Positions 19,551 to 28,482 of a stretch of 64,000 nucleotides of DNA are shown one piece after another. The notes below the pieces were generated by a model. That model was given only the letters and a program-made list of their open reading frames with translations. It was not told the DNA's origin and searched no databases. A program made the position numbers and the translations under genes. Numbering within the stretch: the stretch's first letter is position 1; the number at the start of each line of letters is the position of its first letter. Source of the DNA: Candidatus Hydrogenedentota bacterium (GTDB lineage: Bacteria; Hydrogenedentota; Hydrogenedentia; Hydrogenedentales; SLHB01); assembly GCA_963674865.2 (NCBI GenBank), contig CAXXYE010000004.1, positions 672,001-736,000 on the forward strand, given 5' to 3'.

Positions 19551-20630
19551 TCAATCCAGCCTGAATACCTTGCCCAGCTTCAGCCGCCGCTCCGCGGGCG
19601 CATACCAGCCCCGCGGGGCGTAATCGGCCGTGTGGAGATAGCACTGCACCATCACCTCATCGCTGCCCTCCACGAAAGTCAGCAACCGGCTCATCGGCAC
19701 GCTCGTCGTGTTCACGTGATACTGCGTAAGCGCCGCGCAGTTGATGAAATGCGTGCCCCATTTCGTCTCGATGTGACCCCGGCCCCCGGTGCCGTCATCC
19801 GGATTCGTATGCGTGTGTCCGCCAAGCCAAAGGGCGGTGGCGCCGGGACGCGCCGCGAGATAGTCCTCAAACACCTGCGCATCCGGCTTCCCGTCAACGA
19901 AATAGAGATACGACGCGCCCTCCGGCCCGCCGTCGGGGAAGTAGCCGTGATAGAAAGGCCGCCAGCCGCCGTCCTCGGACTTCCTGAATCCCTCCCACGG
20001 CCCCGAGGCCACGGTGGTTTCCTTGAGCATGTGGTGATGGGCCGAGACGACAATACAATCGCGATGCCGCTCGACCATCCGCCGCCACCACGCGAACGTC
20101 TCGCCGGACACCGCCCCAGCCGGATAGCCGCCACGCGCCCCACGCCCAACGGGCGGCCCGCCGTCGTTTCTGTCGCTCATCATGAGAAAAAGCACATTGC
20201 CGGCGCTGAACGCGTAGCGCTCCCACGTGCCCTCGATGGGATACGGGCGCCGGACACTATCCACGCCCGAGAAGCCCGTGTGCTCGCCCGCCGGATCCAC
20301 CCATTTCTTGAACCACCATTGACACGGCTCGCCAGGGCCGCTCGCGTCGTGATTCCCCGCCAAGTTGTAGAACTGCTCCCGCCGGTGCAGGCGCGCCGCC
20401 CCGAATTGACGCACCACCTCAGGCCCTTCCGCATCCGTCGGCGGCGTCTGCGTGCCCGACAAGTCGCCGAGGTGCAGCGCGATGTCCCACGCAAAGGGCG
20501 GCGCCCCATCCTCGCCGCCATACTCCGACTGCCGGATGGCCTCCGCCAGACTCTCCCGTCCACCCGCACGCAAGTCCGTGTGGACATGCGCACATCCCAT
20601 CGCCCAAACTCGAAACGGTCTTCCGCTCAT
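19551..20630 (-). CDS. Calcineurin-like metallophosphoesterase
   Basis: HLGDLS, AGNHD, SAHHH, GGHTH motifs; start at MSGRPF. Confidence 0.82.
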   Translation of the reverse strand: MSGRPFRVWAMGCAHVHTDLRAGGRESLAEAIRQSEYGGEDGAPPFAWDIALHLGDLSGTQTPPTDAEGPEVVRQFGAARLHRREQFYNLAGNHDASGPGEPCQWWFKKWVDPAGEHTGFSGVDSVRRPYPIEGTWERYAFSAGNVLFLMMSDRNDGGPPVGRGARGGYPAGAVSGETFAWWRRMVERHRDCIVVSAHHHMLKETTVASGPWEGFRKSEDGGWRPFYHGYFPDGGPEGASYLYFVDGKPDAQVFEDYLAARPGATALWLGGHTHTNPDDGTGGRGHIETKWGTHFINCAALTQYHVNTTSVPMSRLLTFVEGSDEVMVQCYLHTADYAPRGWYAPAERRLKLGKVFRLD

Positions 20631-20840
20631 AATGCGTCCCGCTCTAATCCTGGAAGCCGACGCCGAAAACGAAGTCGGCCGCATTGTCTACGCTGCCAAA
20701 CACGTGGACTTTCCCTTCATGTATCTTGAGATACTCAAGCGCTCCGGCCATGTTCTCCCCATCATAGCGCCATGAAAGCCACAGAACTCAAGTCCAGACA
20801 GGCTGATAGCGCAGATCTCCCGCAGCGTCCCGAGTAATCC

Positions 20841-21128
20841 GCCGTAGCGAGCGGCATACTCTCCATGAACCGGGACTGTCCCAAGCGAGTCCGCCGAAGG
20901 CGGGCGAGACGGGACTGTCCCTGGACTTCCGCAGCAGCCCGCCGTAGCGAGCGGCGTACTCTCCATGAACCGGGACTGTCCCAAGCGAGTCCGCCGAAGG
21001 CGGGCGAGACGGGACTGTCCCTGGACTTCCGCAGCAGCCCGCCACGGCGGGCGGCATACTCTAGCCCACGCCGTGAGCCGTGGGGAAAAGCGCCGCCTCC
21101 ATTCATAGCCTCGTCAGAGGCGACATAA
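20841..21128 (+). repeat. 100-bp tandem duplication of composite repeat plus REP-like element
   Basis: 20841-20940 and 20941-21040 differ at about 1 base; 21036-21128 matches 19391-19483. Confidence 0.88.
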
Positions 21129-21326
21129 TGCCCCCCCCCTCACAGCCCGACAAATCGCCAAGATCCAACGCGGTGCCTCCGCCGTTCTCCTATCCCTATA
21201 GCGGAGGCCGCATCGCCTGAACGAAGGAACTGTATCTCGAGGGGAGATATTAGTATACTGTGTGGGCGCGGGGGTCGCCTACGATGACAGAGCCGGCCTC
21301 CGGTAGCCAAAGACGGGGGAGATGGT

Positions 21327-22370
21327 ATGTCATTATCGCTCTTGGTTTCGCACTGGCGTCGGCTTCTGCCGGCTGTGCTTGTTGGCCTGATTCTCTGCCT
21401 GGGCGCGGCGCTATTCGTCCTGGATTCCTCGCCTTCGCCGCCCGTTGAGGAGTCGTCTGCCCCGCCCACTCCCGCGCCCCCGGTGGATGCCGCGCCACCT
21501 GCCGTCGAGACTCCCCAGGCAAACGCCGAGACGCCTCAGACATTTCTCAACATCCTCGCCGGGATCCTGGACAAGCCGGAGGCAGCCCAATATCCCTCCG
21601 CGCCATTCTGGGAACTCGTGGAGGACGAGCGGATGTATAAGAAGTTCCAGGGATACCTGGATAGAGATCCCGACGCGCGCGCGAGATGGCAGGCCGAGTG
21701 GGATGAAGCGCAGCGTGAATCCCTCGAGGAATCGCTACGCCACCTGCACGACGAAAACCTCAACTGGTTCGGCCACGCGCTCATGCTCAGTCCGAGCCTG
21801 CGGGAGTTGGACGACTACATCGAACTCCTGGCCGTCAACGCCGTCGAGCCAAGGACGCTCAAGCTCCTGGCCATCGCGGAGAACGGCTCCTCAGCCGAGA
21901 AGCAAGTCCTCTCCGACACCCTCACTCAGTTTTGCCAGGCCTATGCGGATCGGAAGGAGGCCGAAATTCTGGATCCCGTGCCGATCCTTGCCGCGCAACT
22001 CGACCCCGACGGCAGCACGCTATCGACGCTTGTCGCCGCCGCGGAACGGCGGCTCGATGATTGGGACAGGAACCAGCAGCTCAGAGAGGAGCACGAACGC
22101 AAGAACGGCCTTCCTGTGTCCGCCCGGATTCCGCCAACGCACGGTTCCAAAGGCGTCGCCTATGCCGGCAAGACGCTTCTCGATCGCTTTCTCCGCGAGC
22201 CGGAGCTCCGGCAAGGCCTGAATCCCGCCCAACTCGCCCTTCTCCGGCAATACGAGCACTTCACCGAGGACAACGGCCTCACCGGGCCTGAGGATTTCAA
22301 CCTGGATGCCGTCATGCCCCTCATCGACTACGCCCGCCGCCTCCAAGAACTCGCCGACCCCGCCTCATGA
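21327..22370 (+). CDS. Hypothetical membrane-anchored protein with Pro-rich linker
   Basis: N-terminal TM, PSPPVEESSAPPTPAPP linker, helical remainder. Confidence 0.65.
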   Translation: MSLSLLVSHWRRLLPAVLVGLILCLGAALFVLDSSPSPPVEESSAPPTPAPPVDAAPPAVETPQANAETPQTFLNILAGILDKPEAAQYPSAPFWELVEDERMYKKFQGYLDRDPDARARWQAEWDEAQRESLEESLRHLHDENLNWFGHALMLSPSLRELDDYIELLAVNAVEPRTLKLLAIAENGSSAEKQVLSDTLTQFCQAYADRKEAEILDPVPILAAQLDPDGSTLSTLVAAAERRLDDWDRNQQLREEHERKNGLPVSARIPPTHGSKGVAYAGKTLLDRFLREPELRQGLNPAQLALLRQYEHFTEDNGLTGPEDFNLDAVMPLIDYARRLQELADPAS

Positions 22371-22411
22371 GCAGGAGCCACCGCCACGGCCGGCGCAGAG
22401 AGCAGGGGAGA

Positions 22412-22456
22412 GGGGACATGTTCCAAGCGCCGTCCCCGACACTCCTACGTGTCCCC
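22412..22456 (+). repeat. GGGGAC..TTCCAAGCGCCGTCCCC..ACGTGTCCCC hairpin repeat
   Basis: Second copy at 26031-26087; lies between convergent genes and overlaps the peptidase stop codon. Confidence 0.7.
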
Positions 22457-25012
22457 CTCCATCAGCAACTCGACCTCATACGGTTCCCGATGGCGTAGGA
22501 TACGCACAATAACGCCGCTCTCCAGCACCCAGAAATCCGTTACGTCCCCCTCGCTTTTCTTGAACCAAGTGCCCGCGTCCGTCAATTGCGTCAGTGTGAG
22601 GTGTTCCGCCTCGAAGGCGCCCGCCGGGACGGCTACGCGCTCCTTACCGGCATGAGACAACCTCACTCGGTATCCCGCCATGGCTTCCCCCGTGCTGCCC
22701 CAGTCATAGGCATCGAATTCCTTCGCTTCTCCCTCCTCCAATGCCATCCCACGCAGCAAGATGTTCGCGACGCAATAGGGGTCGGGCTGCGAGTTGGGCG
22801 CGAAGAGCGCACCCTCCGCCACGGCGATAACTTGGACTTCAGATTCCCCTCCGGTTGACTCACGCCGACTCCGCACTTCGCCGGAGCTTATCTCTATCGC
22901 TTGCTCAACGCCGCGCGTCCCAGCAGGCGCCGCATAGTTGATCGAGTACTTCGTCAACCGATTGGCCTTATCGCCCAGAGCCACATACGTTGTCCCCCCC
23001 AAAGGCAACTGCACGACCGCCGCCATCGCTCCGTCTTCCGCCCGCTTGAGCCAGAGCGCCCCCGGTTCGGCCATCTCTCGCCCTCGATTCCGGTGCCTGT
23101 AGCGTCCCTGGAACACGAGCGTGCCCGGCAGCTCATTCACAGCCGGGATGGGCGCCAACGCGGGAAGTCCCGGCGGCTTTTCCCCCTCATCAGCCTCCGC
23201 CTTCGGCGCGGCTTCGAATCCCCGCTCCTTCAACACCTCGGGCAACACCGCCTGAAGGTATTCCTCAGCGCGACAGATCGCCGAATTGAGTCCCTGCGCC
23301 ACCTCCTCGGGAACGGCTTCGACCTCGACGTCCGGCTCGATACCGTTGAACTCGATAGGCTGCCCGTCATTCCGCCATCGACTCCGAGTCGAGAAGACAA
23401 CGGACGCGATCCCCGACGGGAACTGCCACGTCCGCTTCGAACTCGACGCCCCGGCTGTTCTCGACCCGAACAACCGCGCCGCCGCACCGCGCCTCAAGTC
23501 ACGCGCAAGCGTCTCACCGGCCGACATGCACCCCGCGTCAATCAGCACCGCCACCGGCCGCGGGAGGCTCTCGACGCGTTCGATCAGCGCCTTATCGTAT
23601 CCGCCGCCGCCGTTGCCCCGCAGATCCACAATCCAGCCCCGCGCGTCTGGATACGCCTCGACGGCGCGCGCCATCCCCGGCTCGATGCTTTCATCCACCC
23701 GCCGCAGGTACATGTATCCCGTGCCGCCGGCCAACTTGGTGAAATAGAAGGAGCGGCCATAGCGCGTCAGCCCCTCGGGCAGGTTGTACTGGTGCGGCCA
23801 GCCGCGCGCTACAACGCTGCACGTGAGCGTCATCTCACGTGTCTGCCCCTCGTCAAGATAAGCGATGGTGTGCGTGTCGCCCTGGCCCCCGCGAAGCGGC
23901 ATGCGGAACTCCAACATCCGCGCGCGCTGAGGCCCTGAGCAGAAACTCGTCGCCCACGCCTCCTTCGCACGGGCTTCGAGGTACTGCCGCGCGTCCTCAC
24001 CGTCTATCTCCGCCACAAGCGTGCCCGGAGTCAATTCACCATGGTCATCGGAGCCGTACATCACCACCACCCGGTTGTCCGTCGCGGGCATGAAACTGAT
24101 CCCGGGATAGAACCGCGCCGGCAACGGCGGCGCCTCGACCCGCGCGTCCCGGAGCCACATGTGCGAATCCCGCAAACATCGAATGGCCTCGATCACCAGC
24201 CCGAGGAACTCGCTGTCCGACTCGCATCCGGCCACCCTCGCCGACAAATCCGCCCTGGTGGCCGCCCAATCCTCCCGAATGCCCTTCAAATCAAAGAACG
24301 GATACGTCTTGTCGATCTCCTCGATGAAGGCCGCGAGATCGACCTCATATCCCGAATCCGCTTCCGCGCCCTGCGCCGCATAGATGCGAAATCGGTACCA
24401 CTTCCAGCCGGAGTCCCTGTCGGGGATGGAAACGACAAACGCATTCTCGCTGCGCAATGTGGTGACGGGCTGGCGCCGGTCAATTCCCGCCGCCCCCTGC
24501 ACATCGCTAACGGCTAGCAGCTCGAACGTCAGCTTCTCCACGGCGGACACCTCGAACCGAGCGATTTCCGTGCGATCACGGCATCGCCGATTGTCAGGGA
24601 TGCCCCATCGAGGAAACCATGGAATGCCGTTCAAGTAAGTCGGCTCATCATGGCCTCCGTGAAGTCCCGGCTTGGCCGAACGCCCACCGTCACAAGTCCA
24701 GTAGACGCCCTCCGGCGTCACGTGAAACACCGAGTCCCCATCAATCAGCGCCTCGACAACCAGTCCGTCCCCGCCCTCGCCCATGGCCTCCGTCAGCCCG
24801 GCCAGATCGTCAGGCGATTCAGCCGCCTGCCGCTCCTGCTCCTCCGCAAAACAGAAGTTCCCCACCGAGAAAGCCAGCATGGGGGAGATGGCGAATACAA
24901 AGAAAGCCACCAAGAGCCGCCCATAGCGCAGAGCCGCCGAATGCCGCGGCAACACAACGTAAGTCGGCCGCCGCGCCACAAGATTCACCAGCACATCCGC
25001 CCCGTTGCTCAT
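22445..25012 (-). CDS. S41 family peptidase, multidomain fusion
   Basis: YPFFDLKGI, LRDSH, DLRGNGGG, SAGE catalytic Ser, GIEPDV; C-terminal VAVPAGAFEA; start uncertain. Confidence 0.82.
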   Translation of the reverse strand: MSNGADVLVNLVARRPTYVVLPRHSAALRYGRLLVAFFVFAISPMLAFSVGNFCFAEEQERQAAESPDDLAGLTEAMGEGGDGLVVEALIDGDSVFHVTPEGVYWTCDGGRSAKPGLHGGHDEPTYLNGIPWFPRWGIPDNRRCRDRTEIARFEVSAVEKLTFELLAVSDVQGAAGIDRRQPVTTLRSENAFVVSIPDRDSGWKWYRFRIYAAQGAEADSGYEVDLAAFIEEIDKTYPFFDLKGIREDWAATRADLSARVAGCESDSEFLGLVIEAIRCLRDSHMWLRDARVEAPPLPARFYPGISFMPATDNRVVVMYGSDDHGELTPGTLVAEIDGEDARQYLEARAKEAWATSFCSGPQRARMLEFRMPLRGGQGDTHTIAYLDEGQTREMTLTCSVVARGWPHQYNLPEGLTRYGRSFYFTKLAGGTGYMYLRRVDESIEPGMARAVEAYPDARGWIVDLRGNGGGGYDKALIERVESLPRPVAVLIDAGCMSAGETLARDLRRGAAARLFGSRTAGASSSKRTWQFPSGIASVVFSTRSRWRNDGQPIEFNGIEPDVEVEAVPEEVAQGLNSAICRAEEYLQAVLPEVLKERGFEAAPKAEADEGEKPPGLPALAPIPAVNELPGTLVFQGRYRHRNRGREMAEPGALWLKRAEDGAMAAVVQLPLGGTTYVALGDKANRLTKYSINYAAPAGTRGVEQAIEISSGEVRSRRESTGGESEVQVIAVAEGALFAPNSQPDPYCVANILLRGMALEEGEAKEFDAYDWGSTGEAMAGYRVRLSHAGKERVAVPAGAFEAEHLTLTQLTDAGTWFKKSEGDVTDFWVLESGVIVRILRHREPYEVELLMEGDT

Positions 25013-25095
25013 GGTGTGCCCCCGCTCTTTGCCCACTCGCCACATTCCCAAGAGAACGACTGAGAGTCGCAAAAGCCCCGCCGGTTCCTTGGCCC

Positions 25096-25383
25096 GAAAC
25101 TCCTTCTATCCCGCGCGAAGCGTTGACGGCTTCTCTTTGCCGCTTTCTGCGTTCTCGCAAGACAACTCCAGCAAAAGGCAACCGTGCCGCCACCTGCGCT
25201 CGAATCCTGCCCTATGGCGCGCGAAGCGCTGGTGGTTTCTCTTTGCCCACTTTCTCTGCTCTCGCAAGAGCAGTCGAAGCAAAGACAGCGCTGCTGGCCC
25301 TGCGCCGGAATCCTGCCCTATAACGCGCGAAGCGCTGATGGTTTCTCTTTGCCTACTTTCTCTTTTTCCAAAGAGAAAGTAGG
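25096..25383. repeat. Degenerate 106-bp tandem repeat x3 ending in a perfect hairpin
   Basis: GCGCGAAGCG at 25113, 25219 and 25325; CCTACTTTCTCTTT-ttcc-AAAGAGAAAGTAGG at 25352-25383. Confidence 0.75.
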
Positions 25384-25833
25384 TTATACGCGTACCTTCA
25401 CGACGGCTTTCCTTACCGTACACGGCGCTCCGTGGGCGATACACGGCGCATGCGCATCCTGAGGAAACAGCACACAGAAACGTCCCGCCGTCAACACCAA
25501 ATCCGTCGCGCCCGGCGTCAGGCCATAGAACTCGATATCCGGCTTATACGGCTTCGTGACAGTGGTTAGCTCAGGCGTCGGCGCCCAGAGAATCGATTCC
25601 TCCCCGCTCACGAGGTACTGAATATCCGCGAAATCGCGATGCGCCTCGAATTCGTGCCCTTCCGCGGGAGTTGTCTCGAACGTCTGCATCAGGCAGAACA
25701 CATCGTCCCCCTCGATGGCGTACTTACCGTCCGGCAGATTCGGATCCAGCGCCTCCAAGTAGGCAAAAGCCCTGACAAACCGCTCATTCGCCCACTCATA
25801 GTCCTTCCAATTATCCAACGTATCGAGAATCAT
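25384..25833 (-). CDS. YhcH/YjgK/YiaL (NanQ-like) family protein
   Basis: MILDTL, FEAHRDFADIQY..GEE, FPQDAHAP, RKAVVKV. Confidence 0.92.
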   Translation of the reverse strand: MILDTLDNWKDYEWANERFVRAFAYLEALDPNLPDGKYAIEGDDVFCLMQTFETTPAEGHEFEAHRDFADIQYLVSGEESILWAPTPELTTVTKPYKPDIEFYGLTPGATDLVLTAGRFCVLFPQDAHAPCIAHGAPCTVRKAVVKVRV

Positions 25834-26030
25834 AACCACAACTCCTCTCAGAACGCGCCGATGCCCGCGATTGTAGTGCAATGAACCACTTGGCCATTCT
25901 CCCAGGAACCCCCGCTTCATTCAAGGCACGATGTGGGGGAGAGGGGCCTAGGCTTGAGTCTTGCGGTTTTCATAGCGCGCAGCAGGCCCGGTTTCATGCG
26001 TCGACGCGAGCATTGCGAAACAACAGCAGA

Positions 26031-26087
26031 GGAAAAGGGGACGCGTTCCAAGCGCCGTCCCCGGCGCGACTACGTGTACCCTTTTCC
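26031..26087 (+). repeat. Second GGGGAC..TTCCAAGCGCCGTCCCC hairpin repeat
   Basis: GGAAAAGGGGACGCGT...ACGTGTACCCTTTTCC. Confidence 0.7.
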
Positions 26088-26145
26088 GGATGAGAGTTCG
26101 GGATATTGCCACAGAAGAACTCACAAGTGCTTTCTGGCCAGACGC

Positions 26146-26808
26146 CTACGGCGTCTCTTCCGCCTGCTCCCCGCTGCCTTCACTCGACACTTCGGCTCGC
26201 ATCTCCACCCCTGTACTCGTGCCCCCGCTGAGCGTCACCCCCGTATCCAACGTGTTGCCAAGGCCCTGTATACGCCCATCCGGCCCCACCGGATAGCGCC
26301 AATGAGGATAGTGCCGCGAATACGTCGGTGTCGTGATGGAGATGTCCGCCACGTTTCGCGTGGCTTTCGCGGCCGCTTCCTCAGCGCGCGTTGCCGCATC
26401 CTCGGCGGCCTTCGCCTTTTCCTCCGCCTTCTCAGCCGCCGTTTCCGCCGCCGCTCGCTCCCGCTCCGCCTGCTCACGCTCAAACGCCAGCCGGCGCAGA
26501 CGCGCCTGCTCCAGCAGCGCACGACGATAATCCTGTTCACGGGCCGCGGCATCACCCGAGAGCCGGTTATCCAGCGCCAGTTCCTCCGGATTCACGCGAT
26601 TGACCCGCCCCCGATGATCCGTCACCTCGAACGGCCCCGTACCCATCCCCGTCAACGTCATCACAGCCTGGCCGGGCGGAGTCTCCGGCGCCTTCTGAGG
26701 CGCCCGGCCCGGCGTTTCCTCCGCCGCAGCCAAACCACAGACAACGGCCAGAATCCCTCCCAAGACCCGAACCGTCCACGGGCGCCCATATCGCGGCTTC
26801 CAACACAT
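26146..26808 (-). CDS. Hypothetical exported protein with Ala/Glu-rich coiled coil
   Basis: Signal-like hydrophobic stretch; EKAEEKAKAAEDAA coil. Confidence 0.6.
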   Translation of the reverse strand: MCWKPRYGRPWTVRVLGGILAVVCGLAAAEETPGRAPQKAPETPPGQAVMTLTGMGTGPFEVTDHRGRVNRVNPEELALDNRLSGDAAAREQDYRRALLEQARLRRLAFEREQAERERAAAETAAEKAEEKAKAAEDAATRAEEAAAKATRNVADISITTPTYSRHYPHWRYPVGPDGRIQGLGNTLDTGVTLSGGTSTGVEMRAEVSSEGSGEQAEETP

Positions 26809-27074
26809 GACGCATCACCTCACTCGCGGCCTTCCACTCAATTGTAACCGGCCTCACCCGAACCGGCAAGCGGTGGCCGTAGCGCCGCATGGAAGACCGC
26901 GACCGAATACACGCCGAAAGGCCCTACCCTCACGCCCGCACCGCGTTTGGAGTTCCAGCTTTAGCTGGTGCTATCTCTCTGCGCTCCTCAGCGTTCTCGG
27001 CGACTCTGCGTTCAAATCCCCCCCCAATCCCATGCGCCGCCGCACGCCCCCACATCAATCCCGTCTATCCCGTC

Positions 27075-27111
27075 AAAAAAAAGAGCCGCCACGTCATCAG
27101 ACGCGCGGCTC
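27075..27111 (-). terminator. Rho-independent terminator of the tRNA
   Basis: GAGCCGC...GCGGCTC followed by T8 on the minus strand. Confidence 0.85.
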
Positions 27112-27125
27112 CTAACAATCAAGAA

Positions 27126-27213
27126 TGGTGCCGGGAGCGAGACTCGAACTCGCAAGCCGTATTAGGGCACATGGTCCTTAGCCATGCGTGTATGCCAATT
27201 CCACCATCCCGGC
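27126..27213 (-). tRNA. tRNA-Leu, anticodon AAG
   Basis: Acceptor GCCGGGA/TCCCGGC-A-CCA, D arm GGTGGAATTGGCATACAC, anticodon arm CATGG-CTAAGGA-CCATG, long variable arm, T loop TTCGAGT. Confidence 0.95.
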
Positions 27214-27225
27214 CCAAACGCCGGT

Positions 27226-27254
27226 ATTCTACGCATTTGCCCGACCTCGATCAA
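27226..27254 (-). promoter_or_regulatory. Sigma70 promoter of tRNA-Leu
   Basis: TTGATC-N17-TAGAAT, 12 nt upstream of the tRNA 5' end. Confidence 0.7.
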
Positions 27255-27410
27255 CCACTGCGCTGTGTCGTGCCATCCACGCAGAGATCGCGCCGAAGAC
27301 AGCATCCGAGACAACTCCGGCGGTTGTAGCGGCGGCAGCGAGAGCCACCACTTTGTCACCCAAGTTCACATCTTCAGACACGTCGTCCCAAGGATATGGC
27401 ATCTTGCTCG

Positions 27411-28454
27411 TCATGTCGTCGACACCTCCGGGCCAACGGCTTGCGGCGGATCGCCATCATCCGGCTCGTCCTGCCGCTCAGCCTGCCCTTTCGCCCATCC
27501 CCACAGACTCCAAACCCATGAGTCATCCTCGTGATAGCCGGCAATCGCTGCCTTCTCTTTGCACTGCACTATCCAGTCCCGCCAGTTGGGATTCTCCCAC
27601 GCCTTCAGGCGTTCCGCCCAAACAAGCTCCTCGCACATGTCAGAACTCAGGATGTCAATCTCCGGCAGAATCCCGTTCTCTGAAATGTACTTCTTATACA
27701 CCGTCACAACGCGCTCAACCGCCGCCATCTTCTCGCTCCAATCCGTGGACGCCACGGCGACATCGATGTGCGACGCCGCATCGGCAGCAGGGGAGGGGAG
27801 TTGCCCAAAGGCCCACCTAAGATGCGTCCGCCATGGGTAGTAGCGCCTCGAAATCAGAAACGCCGCGTGAAGCAAAGACTCCATTACCAATCCAAACAGG
27901 ATGTGCGCTTCAGCGATCCGCTTTCGCTTCACACAAGAACGAAGCTCGCCGAAATCCTCCCACAACAACTTCTTCAGACAGAGGAGCAGGCGCTGTTTCC
28001 AGACGGCCCCCGGCATCTGCCGAGGGCCCGTTGCCGCCCGGAGCCGCCGTAGAAAATCCTTCGGATCCCACACGATCAAGTTACTCTGGATCGTGAAAAG
28101 ATCCTCAATGGCTACCTCCTCCCATGGCTTGACCTCGCCACCGTTGAGAAGTTTGTCCATACGTCCCTCAAGGAGCCAGGAAGTGGGCCACACACAGAGC
28201 GTAGATCCCTCCATCTTGTAAGGACACGTCTCCCGCAGGCGCCTGTTGAGAGTCAACTGCAGTTGCCCTCCCTTTTCATGCCACAGCGTGTCGTCAAGAT
28301 AGACGGCCGCCTCCAAATCCGAGGATTCGTCCGCGACACCCAGTCCGGCCGAGCCGAGTACGATAATGCTCATGTCAGCCACGAGCTCGAGATGCTCGCT
28401 TCTGATGGCGGGAATCACCGTGTCCGCGAAATATGCTGCTACATTCTTCGTCAT
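27411..28454 (-). CDS. DUF4037-like nucleotidyltransferase-fold protein
   Basis: LGSAGLGVADESSDLE, LIVWDP, RRYYPWRTHL. Confidence 0.72.
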   Translation of the reverse strand: MTKNVAAYFADTVIPAIRSEHLELVADMSIIVLGSAGLGVADESSDLEAAVYLDDTLWHEKGGQLQLTLNRRLRETCPYKMEGSTLCVWPTSWLLEGRMDKLLNGGEVKPWEEVAIEDLFTIQSNLIVWDPKDFLRRLRAATGPRQMPGAVWKQRLLLCLKKLLWEDFGELRSCVKRKRIAEAHILFGLVMESLLHAAFLISRRYYPWRTHLRWAFGQLPSPAADAASHIDVAVASTDWSEKMAAVERVVTVYKKYISENGILPEIDILSSDMCEELVWAERLKAWENPNWRDWIVQCKEKAAIAGYHEDDSWVWSLWGWAKGQAERQDEPDDGDPPQAVGPEVSTT

Positions 28455-28482
28455 AGCTTCCCCAGCCCCTACAGGCCCGACA

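Noticed and set aside
19133..19644. Short ORFs in repeat clusters (also 20688-21128 and 32536-32962)
   Set aside because: Translations of palindromic repeats with no coding signal
27126..27213. Prophage or island integrated at the tRNA
   Set aside because: No duplicate of the tRNA 3' end and no integrase seen in the window
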